A stretch of 63,710 nucleotides of DNA, counting the filler, from Chrysochromulina tobinii (taxonomy: Eukaryota): assembly GCA_001275005.1 (NCBI GenBank). It is 4 parts of 4 records of this genome, joined end to end, with 100 filler letters (N's around TTAATTAATTAA, not from the genome) between each part and the next. Parts side by side here need not be neighbours in the genome. Positions count along the whole stretch, not along the records: positions 47,171 to 63,710 come from JWZX01001079.1; 3 more parts are not named here. The stretch is one strand, 5' to 3'. The first letter of the stretch is position 1; every line of letters starts with the position of its first letter. Position numbers and translations under genes: made by a program. The notes beneath the pieces were generated by a model. It had not been told where the DNA came from, did not search any database, and saw nothing but the letters and a program-made list of their open reading frames with translations. Positions 47,171 to 56,335 of the stretch are shown in pieces.

Positions 47171-48183
47171 CCCCCCCGCCGGCAGCCGCACCGGAGAGCG
47201 CCGCGTCGGGCAGCGCCGTGTCGGGCGCGGAGACCGGCGGGCTCGACGCCGCGCTGCGCGCCAATGTCGAGTCACAGCTCGAGCGGCTTCTGGCGCAGCT
47301 CGAAGATCTGGAAGAGCTCAAGGAGGACCTGTCGGAGGAGGAGTACGTCGAACGGCCTCAAATGGCCTCGGAGTGCCTCTTGATTGCCTCTTGATTGCCT
47401 CTGATTGCGTCTGATTGCGTCTGATGGCCTCGGAGTGCCTCTTGATTGCCACTGAGGACCTCTGAGAACACTTTCGAGTGCCTCCCTCATCATCTCTGAG
47501 TGCCTCCCTCATCATCTCTGAGTGCCTCCCTCATCATCTCTGAGTGCCTCCCTCATCATCTCTGATTGCCTCCCTCATCATCTCTGATTGCCTCCCTCAT
47601 CAGGTACAAGGCGACCAAGGAGGACACACTGGCGCAACTCAAGGAGTTCCAAACGTCCCTCGCCAAGATGGCCTCGGGCTCGATGACGCTGCAGTCGAAC
47701 CTCGAAAAGACGCGGCTCGCCGTCTCGGCGGCCGTCTCCGGCGCCTTCCAGACACCCGAGGTCAGCCGGCCCTTCGCCTCCACGCAGCCCGCCGCATGCA
47801 AGTGCTCACCACGGCGCCCTCCCCTCCCGTTTCCCCACAGGTCATCCGGCTCTTCGCCTCCAAGCAGCCCGCCGCGATGCGCCGCCGGCTCGCCGAGATG
47901 GAGCGAGATGTCAAGCTCGGCAAGCTCGCGGCCGCGGCCTTCGACGGCATGAAGTCCGAGATGCTGGTCGCACTCAAGAAGCTCGGGGAGCCGCTCAGCG
48001 CGAGCGAGGAGGCCTTCCTGGGCGCAAACAAGTCCGCGTCCCTCTCGGAGTTTGAGGCGGTCGATGATAATGCGGACCAGGTGAGCCAGCTGCCGGTGAA
48101 CCTCTGATTGCGTCTGATTGCGTCTGATTGCGTCTGATGGCCTCCCTCATCAGGTGAGCCAGCTGCCGGTGAACCTCTCGTGA
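47171..48183 (+). CDS. LZIC: LZIC (leucine zipper and ICAT-homologous) protein, 5' truncated; introns 47343-47603, 47761-47840, 48081-48153
   Basis: Spliced: NVESQLERLLAQLEDLEELKEDLSEEE|YKATKEDTLAQLKEF..AFQTPE|VIRLFASKQP..LKKLGEPLSASEEAFL. Confidence 0.9.
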
Positions 48184-48690
48184 ACGAATCGCCGGTGTGA
48201 ACGAAGTGTGAACCTCTCGTGAACGAAGCGCCGGGAGCACACACCGTGTGCGCATCGTTGACGCGTCGTCGCAGGCGCCGATGACGCGCGTCGTCGTGGG
48301 CAACGAAGCGCCGAAGACGCGTCGTCGTGGGCGCCGTGGGCGCCGAAGACGCGTCGTATTGGGCACAGTGGGCGCCGAAGACGCGTCGACGCGTCTCTGG
48401 GACTGCGGTGATGATGTGGAGATCGAGATCGAGATGGGAGTGCGAGCGAGGGGCAGCCTGGCAACTCTACACAGCGGGGCATCACGCGTTTATTCAGGAC
48501 GGCGAAAAACACAAAACTCGGCTCCAGCGTGTGTGAATCGGTAGGGTCGGAGACTAATTGGGGGGAAGAGTTCAGAAACACATTCACATTCACACATGCT
48601 CGAGTCGGCACCGCGCCTGCACACCGCGCCGCCGAGCCCCACTCACAGGAGGCCACAGTGCACATCATATCAGGGTGCGCAGCGCACGCG

Positions 48691-50388
48691 ATGACGACTT
48701 CCGCGTCACAGTGGATATACCCAAGTTTGGCGCTCAACTGCATCTTCTTCGTGCACCTCGTTGTGCGCGGCAATCTTGTCCCATGTAGTGCTGTGCCATG
48801 TTTCGTGGCGACGCCGTCTGCAAGTTCAGAGACCCCGTCTGCGAGGTCAGCGACCCCGTCTGCAAGCTCAGAGGCCGAATCCATGCCTCCAAGGGACCCA
48901 CAGAGTTTGCCAATCTGGGCCAGGTTCGCACGGTATCCAGGGCCCGATTGGAACAAGCTCTTGGCCGACGAGAAGGTGGAGCGAAAACCCCATCGAACTT
49001 CTCCGCCGACGCCGCCGTATCCGCCGCCAGGGCCCACTCAGACGGTTGGTTCGCCAACTTGCACGCATTTGCTGGAGTGCAGCCTCTCCAAGGGTATGCG
49101 GTCCAAGGTGTACCAAGCGTTCCAGAATGGATACACGCACCGGATCCCAGACGAACTTGGATACGAGAATGGCATCCGAGACCTCGCCGACGGCGGCAGC
49201 GAGCTCCTCGTCCCGATTCGAAAGCAAATCATGCCGCCCGCTGCCAACATCCAGCTTGACTGGAAGCCTGCGCCGTGGCCCACACGCATCGATCTCAACC
49301 ACCTCAACTGGGCAGCCCTTCCAAATGGGGAGAGGTTCCGCGAGTGTGGGAAATCGCATGCACTCACTAATGAAGTGCACTTATACTGCAAGTGCGTGCT
49401 CCGCTTGCGTCGACCGTTTGCTCCTGGAGCCCCCACCACCTCGAAGCGGGCGCCTCAGGAGCCGTCCTTTGTTTGCCCGCAGGTTTTTCACAAAGCAGGC
49501 CCTCTTGTGGAATAAGGACTATTGGCCGGGTGCGGAGCCCTACGACGACATCCCCGACCACGTGTTCGATCGGCCAGACGTGCGGCTGGTGCTTGATCTA
49601 GGTGCCGGCAACGGCAACCTCGCCGTCAACTTGTTCCGGCGATATGGCGATCGCGTCATCACGGTGTCCGCCACGCTCATCGTCGCCGCCGAGGCAGGCA
49701 CGCTCACGCCGCCCTTCCTGCAACGGATGACATGCAACTGATTACATGCTGATGACATGCAACTGATGACATGCAACTGATGACATGCTGATTACAGGCA
49801 CGCTCACGCCGCCCTTCATGCAACTGATCGCGGCGCGTGGCTTCCCCACTGTGGCGGTCGACATCTACTCATTCTTCCCCTTTGGTGAATCAACGTTTGA
49901 CGTGGTCCACACGAGCTGGGTCTATCACAGCGGCTTCACGCGCCACGCCATCATGGAGATGTGAGCACTCGCCACGTGATTCCACCCGGGCCTCACAAAC
50001 GCTGTCACGTGATTCGAACCTGGCCTCACAAACACGCTGTGTGCCTGGCTGAGCGGCGGTACCCGATCGGTTCCGTTGGGCAGGTACTGATTACAAATGA
50101 TTACATGCTGATTACATGCTGATTACATGCTGATTACCGTTGGGCAGGTACCGCGTGCTGCGCCCCGGCGGGTACTTGATCCATACGGTGTGGGATAAGA
50201 TGGCCTCCCTCCGGGGCACGCTGCTCCTCGAGTCGCTCGCCGCGAAGATGAATTGGAAGCTTCTCGCTCATTACGAGACCATGAAGGGGCATAATGTCAC
50301 CAAGGCGAGGCTCCGGGGGGACAAGGTGCCCTACGACTGCTACAAGACCGTCTACCAGATGCCGAGCTACAAGTACTCGAAGAGGTAG
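48691..50388 (+). CDS. Type II membrane class I SAM-dependent methyltransferase; introns 49392-49482, 49698-49797 (GC-AG), 49961-50147
   Basis: N-terminal hydrophobic anchor; VLDLGAGNG, PFMQLIAARG, FPFGESTFDVVH, EM|YRVLRPGGYL assembled across introns. Confidence 0.82.
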
Positions 50389-50732
50389 GAAGTCCTGCAG
50401 GTACGTGTGACTCAATACAGGCAAGGTGTGTAGATTCCAACGGGGGCTTTGAGCCACGACACCGGGTCACTGCAATGCCGATGTTCCACAGGCGACAACG
50501 AGCTATTACGTACAGTACATTTCTGTGTTTCTGTGATTTCGAATCGTCTTGATCTGTTTGTCAGTTGGCTGTTGCGCGGTTGTACGATCGGTAATAGTAC
50601 CTACACCCGAGATAGGCCGATGTCCGAACGAAATAGCGTCGTGCCGAGCGTTTTTCGCGTTCAACGCCCTCTCTCGCGACCTCCTTGGCGGGGAAGGCGA
50701 GCTGCTACAGGCTACTAGCCTCGCCGGAATCG

Positions 50733-53700
50733 ATGGCGCGCAAGACGCACAAAAAGTCGCTGCAAGAGTACATGGAAGAGAATGGGATTGGCGTCGGGGA
50801 TCCGGACGACGATGAGGAAAGCGTGGTGGCGCCCATTGTGCAGGAGACGCCGCGGCTCGTCACACGTGCCCTTCGGACGGAGCACCTGCAGCCGCTCATC
50901 GACCTCGTCTTCTCGGACAGCACCGAGGTGCAACGCAACGCGACGCGCTTGCTCGGCACGCTGGCCCTCAACGCCGATAACATCGACATCCTGATCGACT
51001 CTGGCTCGTTGGGGCCGCTGCTGACGATGGCAGGGTCGACCGACTCGTCGGTGCGGCGCGCGGCGCTTGCAGGCCTCGCGCACATGAGCTCACGCGACGA
51101 CATTCGGACGAAGCTTTGCGCGGTGGCCGGCGGGCTCCAGACGGTGGTCGCCGGCGTCACATGCAGCGACGGGCCGTCGAGGTTGGCCGCGGCCGAGTGC
51201 ATGGCCAACATCGCCACCTCCCTGAAGCTGCGTGGGAGGCTGATTGACAGCAAGGTGGGCGGGCTGCCCGCGCTGCTCTCGCTGCTCACGTCGCGCACGT
51301 CCGAGCTCAAGCGCTGGGGCATGCTCACGCTGCAGCGCCTCGCCGTCTGCCGGAAGACCAATGGTGCCATCATCACCACCAAAGACGACCCCGAAGGCGA
51401 CGGTTACGCGGACGAGCTACTTAAGGCAGGCGTGCTGCAGCCGCTGCTCACGATGCTCCGGGCGGGCACGATGAGTCTCGAGGAGGACCTGCGCACGCAG
51501 GCCATGTGCACCGTCTACTCTCTGGCCGACGCGAATGAGGAGATCAAGAAGAAGCTCGGCGAGCACCCGGTGAGGGCCGAGATTTCCCTGAATGACGAAC
51601 CCCTGATGAAACTGTGACGGAACTGTGACGAGCCCGATAGCTCGGCGAGCGCACCCGGTGTGAATGCCTCGACGAGAGCACACGGGCGAGTGTGCCATGG
51701 AGCGCCTTTGAGTGATGAGTGACGTTGATGATGAGTGGCGCTGATGAGTGTCTCTTGATCGCCTCTTGATCTTCCCTTGAGAGCCCCTGATGGCCCCTGA
51801 TGGCCCCTTGAGGGCCCCCTGAGAGCCTCCGATGGCCCCTTGAGGGCCATGGCCCCAGAATTGCAGTGGTCATCAGAATTGCAGGTGCTCGTGAAGGCCA
51901 TTGTGGGCTTGCTGACGACCACTGATTGCCTCTGATGACCACTGATTGCCTCCCTCATCAGGTGCTCATGAAGGCCATAGTGGGCTTGCTCACGCTGGAC
52001 GACCACGCGGGCACCGGCGCGACGCAGCGCGAGGCCTGCCGCACCGTCCAGCTGCTCGCGACGCGCGCCGACAATGTGTATCGCCTCCTCGGCGCTGGCT
52101 TGATCGTTTCACTCTCGATGCTCGCCCGCACCGAGAATCTCATCAAGAAGCAGTTTGCGAGCACGATGCTGCTACGGGTCGCTACGGAAGCGGGCTGCCG
52201 GCGCTCGCTGCTCGATGCCGGTGGCGCGCGCACGCTGTGCTTCCTCTGATTGCCTCTGATTGCCTCTGATTGCCTCTGATTGCCTCTGATTGCCTCCCTC
52301 ATCAGGTGGCGCGCGCACGCTGTGCTTCCTATGCCGCCCGTCGCTTCCTCGCAAGGTCGTCCGTCCCGCGGCGAACGCGATCTCACTGATGTGCAGCTCG
52401 GCCGAGTGCGTGCCGTCGCTGCTCGACACGGGCGCCGGCTCGGTGCTTGCGACGCTCGCGAGCTCGTCCGACCCGGAGATGCTCCTCGGCGGCTGCCAGG
52501 CGCTCGCCAACATGCTCGCGTGCATGGCGGAGGAGGCGGGGACGGTGGCCAAGGCGGTGAACCGCGCGGGCAGCCCGGTTGTGAACCGCGCGGGCAGCCC
52601 GGTTGTGTCGCGCCCCACCTCGCCAATCTCCCAAACCTCGGCCGAAGAAGACGAGGAGCGCCGTCCCGGGCGGGGCGCCACCGAACCGGAGGGGGCGCCG
52701 TCCCGGGCGCCCCCTCCCAAACCGGAGGGGGCGCCCACGAGCGCCGTCTCGAGCGCCGACCCGCTCGGCCGGGTGCGCGAGGCCGTCCGAGTGACCGACC
52801 AGCTGCATGCTGATGGCCTCCCTCATTGCATGCTGATGGCCTCCCTCATCAGGTGCGCGAGGCTGTCCGAGTGACCGACCAGCTGCTTCAGCAAGGCGCC
52901 CTCTCCGTCTTCCTGTCGGCCGCGACCTCCTCCGATCGCCAGCTGCAGCTGCATGCCTCCCGCGGCCTCAAATTCATCGCGATGCGCTCGCCACTCTTTG
53001 CGCGCGTCCTCGCCCGCAAGGGCGCCGCGCGCGCCCTCGCTGCGCTGCTGGGTGCCGCGCGTGAGGAAACGCTCCGGAACGCAGTAACGGCCCTCCACCT
53101 GATCACCACGGCGCTCTGTGAGGGCGTTGGGCGCGAGCCTCTCACGGCCAAGCGTCTCTCGACGGTGCGCGGAGGGCAGCTCTGATGGCATGCTGATTGC
53201 ATGCGGATTACATGCTGATGGCATGGTGATTACATGGTGATTACATGCGGATTACATCTCTGATCGCGTGCTGCTTGCCCATCTGCTCGCGTGCTGCTCG
53301 CCTCCCTCATTGCATGCTGCTCGCCTCCCTGATCAGGTGCGCGGGGTGCTCGAGCTCGGTGTGGTGGGCACACCCAAGGAGCTCTGGGCGCGCCTGAATG
53401 AGGACGGTGGGCTGCCCGCGGCGACGCTCCTTCGGCTCGCATGCCACTTTGAGGGGCTGCACGCCGAGGCGGGGGAGCGCTCGCGAGCGATACTCGAATT
53501 GCTCAAGCCGGGCTTGCTGCAGTCCCTCGACATCGACGACCCAAGACGCGCCAGCCAGTCGGCGAAGGCGATCGCTGAGCGCCGAGGGAGGAATAAATCC
53601 ATCGCCAAGGTCCAGAACCTGTTCCGCCTTTCTCGCAGCCTGAAGCCGGCCGCGGCCGACCCGTTCACCGCGTTCAGCCGACCGACTACCTCGGCGAACG

Positions 53701-54435
53701 CCACGGGCGCCGCCTCGGGCGCGGCCTCGAACTTTGCGTCGCTCGTGCGCGCGGCCAAGCTGGGCAACGGGCTCGTGGCGAACGACTCGCCGCGCTGGGC
53801 CAAGGCGTGGGGAGGCGCCTTTGGGGCCAAGGCGGGCTCGGCCGCGGCTGCCTCGGTACTGAACGCGCAAGCGACAGGCGCGGACGCGATCTCGAAGCTA
53901 ACCCTAACCCTAACCCTAACCCCAACCCTGACCCTAACCCTGACCCTGACCCTAACCAGGCGCGGACGCGCTGTCGAAGCTCAAGGAGGCCGCGGCCCAC
54001 GCACGGAAGGCGTCCCAAGAGGCCGGTCCCAAGTTCAAGTCGCTCGCGGCCGCTGCAGGCGCCCACGATGGCGCGGGGAAGCGGACGCTCTTCGCGATCC
54101 TGCACCAGCCTCGCCCGCCCGCGACGGCGCGTCCCGAGGCGAGCGGCGCACGCGCGCGAGCGGTCAGCCTCCTGGGAGCAGAGACCGCCTCGTCCTCAGC
54201 CGAGCCAGCCCAATCCGAAGCGCCAGGTGCGCCAGGAGCGCCGGCGGTCACCAAAGAGAGGCACACCGGTAGGCCTCCTGCTTTGGGATTGTGGCTCGGC
54301 GGCGCCGTCGGCACGAGCAGCGCTGCTGGAGCAGCTGCTGGGGCGATGGTGGTGGCGGCGCCCGAGAAGGAGAAGCGGATCTCGGCAGTGCGGCGCGCTC
54401 AGATGACTCTCGAGGCCCAGGATCTGACGCTTTAA
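50733..54435 (+). CDS. Armadillo-repeat protein; introns 51570-51961, 52221-52305, 52773-52852, 53165-53336, 53878-53959 (GC-AG)
   Basis: ARM repeats (LQPLIDLVFSDSTEVQRNATRLLGTLA, GGLPALLSLLTS); the five introns give a continuous frame to TAA at 54433-54435. Confidence 0.82.
53900..53959 (+). repeat. Interstitial telomere-type (CCCTAA/CCCTGA)n array forming the body of an intron
   Basis: AACCCTAACCCTAACCCTAACCCCAACCCTGACCCTAACCCTGACCCTGACCCTAACCAG. Confidence 0.92.
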
Positions 54436-54660
54436 GCGGGCGGGATTTCTTTTTTAGCTTGTCGACTAGTCAGAACTCGGACACTTGTACGGTAGGTGTG
54501 CGGTGTCCACAAAGATGTGTAAAAGATGTGCGGTGTTCACAAAATCCATCCCCCACCCCCTTCCCCCCTACGCATGCAAGAGTTTCCCACAGCCTGTGTT
54601 CACGCCGTGACTCGCGCGAAGGCGTGATTAGGCGCTCGCGGCCGAAAACAAGCGGGGGAA

Positions 54661-55881
54661 ATGCCCCGACCACCGCCACCGCCGGCTATGGACGTCGAGG
54701 ACATCCTCGTGCGCATGCGGCAGATGCTCAAGAAGCGTGGTGCGGTGGGCATCAGGGGACTGACGAGAAACTTTCAGATCTGCGACACCGACAAATCGGA
54801 GAAGCTCAACCTCGCCGAGTTGACTAAATGCGTCAACTTGTGCAAGCTCGACCTCTCGCAAGAGGAGGTCCGCGCACTGCACCGCCATTTCGATTCGTCC
54901 GGCGACGGACTGGTGAGCTTCGACGAGTTCGTCAAGACAGTGCGCGGTCGGATGAGCGAGCCACGCAAGAAGCTCGTGATCAAGTGCTTTGAGGCTCTCG
55001 ACCAGGCAGGCGACGGCAACGGCCAGCTGTCGGTGGCCGACTTGAAGCCGTACTTCAACGTCGAGCACGATCCTCGCTTCCTCACGGGCGAGAAGACGGC
55101 ACACGAGCTCCTCCAGGAGTTTGTCGACGGGTTCGAGCGAGGCCAGGGAGGCGGAGACGGCGTCATCGGCATCGACGAGTGGATCGGCTATTATGAGGAG
55201 CTGTCAGCGGGGATCGACGACGACGACTACTTCGGTGTGATGCTAGTGAACGCGTGGAGTGCACTGAAGAAAAAAGGGCCGAATGGCGAGGAGGTGCCAG
55301 CCATCCAGTATGTGTGCGAGGGCGACATCGACGTGCTCGAGCAGATCCTTCGGAAGAACATCTTCCAAAAGTCGGTCGGTACGAATGAGGTGCGTGCGCT
55401 GAAGGAGACGTTCAAGCGCTTTGACCAGGACAATAGCGGCGAGGTCAACTTTCGCGAGTTTTGTCGAGCGATGGAGTGCTTCGGGCTCTCCGTGTCGCAG
55501 CCTGGTCAAAAGGGCTCTGGAGGCGTGCCGCCCGATGTGCTGCGCGGCCTCTTCAACCGTTACAACACTGACGGGTCCGAGTGCATCAGCTACCTCGAGT
55601 TTACGAGCGGGCTGTTCCAGCGTGAGGCGGAGGCGCGGAGCAGCGACCCCGCGTTCACCACTGGCAACGGCGCCAATCTCACGCTGCCAAACCTCGTGCG
55701 CGACTATGATGCCGTGGCCGCCTCGGCAGCAGGGCTCGCACCACCGCCGCGCTGTATGCCTGACACGCGGAAATCACCCCTCCTCCGACCCGACGGTAAA
55801 GGGGGGAGCCTTGGCAATTACCCAGTGCGGCCCGATCGCGTCGTACGTCCCGAAGAGCGGGCGAAGGGCTTCTTCCGGTAA
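54661..55881 (+). CDS. Calcyphosin-like multi-EF-hand protein
   Basis: RGAVGIRGL..F...D, FDSSGDGLVSFDEF..VRGRMSEPRK, LDQAGDG, DGVIGIDEWIGYYEELSAGIDDDDYF, plus an extra EF pair FDQDNSGEVNFREF. Confidence 0.9.
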   Translation: MPRPPPPPAMDVEDILVRMRQMLKKRGAVGIRGLTRNFQICDTDKSEKLNLAELTKCVNLCKLDLSQEEVRALHRHFDSSGDGLVSFDEFVKTVRGRMSEPRKKLVIKCFEALDQAGDGNGQLSVADLKPYFNVEHDPRFLTGEKTAHELLQEFVDGFERGQGGGDGVIGIDEWIGYYEELSAGIDDDDYFGVMLVNAWSALKKKGPNGEEVPAIQYVCEGDIDVLEQILRKNIFQKSVGTNEVRALKETFKRFDQDNSGEVNFREFCRAMECFGLSVSQPGQKGSGGVPPDVLRGLFNRYNTDGSECISYLEFTSGLFQREAEARSSDPAFTTGNGANLTLPNLVRDYDAVAASAAGLAPPPRCMPDTRKSPLLRPDGKGGSLGNYPVRPDRVVRPEERAKGFFR

Positions 55882-56335
55882 CGGAGAGGAGCGGAGTCAG
55901 TCGGTAACCCTAACCGGAAGCGCATACCGCGATGTTCGTCGAGCTGGTTGCCTTATATAAGCTCTGAGTCTCTGTACACTCTCGGAGCTGCGCCTCGGAT
56001 CGTAAGAAGTAGCGGGGACTAGTGGTTGAGCTTATAGTTTCAAAATCCGGACTTATAACGTAAAACGTAAAAGTCAAAACGGCATATCTCGGGATACCGG
56101 TTACCGCTTCGTTCGATCGCAATTGTGAATTGACTAGCGTATACGACCGTATTACGTTAATAGCGGGTCCGAGTGTAGACGCTGCCTGTCGTCTCCCTGC
56201 AGGAGGCGTGAGTAGGAGATGCACACATCGGGTGATGACGTGAGGCGCGGTCGAGAGACGTGCCGCAGCTGCACACCTGTGCGTCTAGAATGATCTTGAA
56301 TGATCGTGCGCGTCGTCTGGCGGCCGCGGCGTGGG

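Noticed and set aside
48255..48395. GACGCGTC palindromic repeats downstream of LZIC
   Set aside because: Short degenerate minisatellite with no defined ends or supportable function.
53900..53959. True chromosome end
   Set aside because: Only 60 nt long, internal to a gene and flanked by duplicated exon sequence.
53268..54272. 334-aa ORF containing a TLTLTL tract
   Set aside because: Read-through of the (CCCTAA)n intron; the spliced frame gives a more plausible continuous product.
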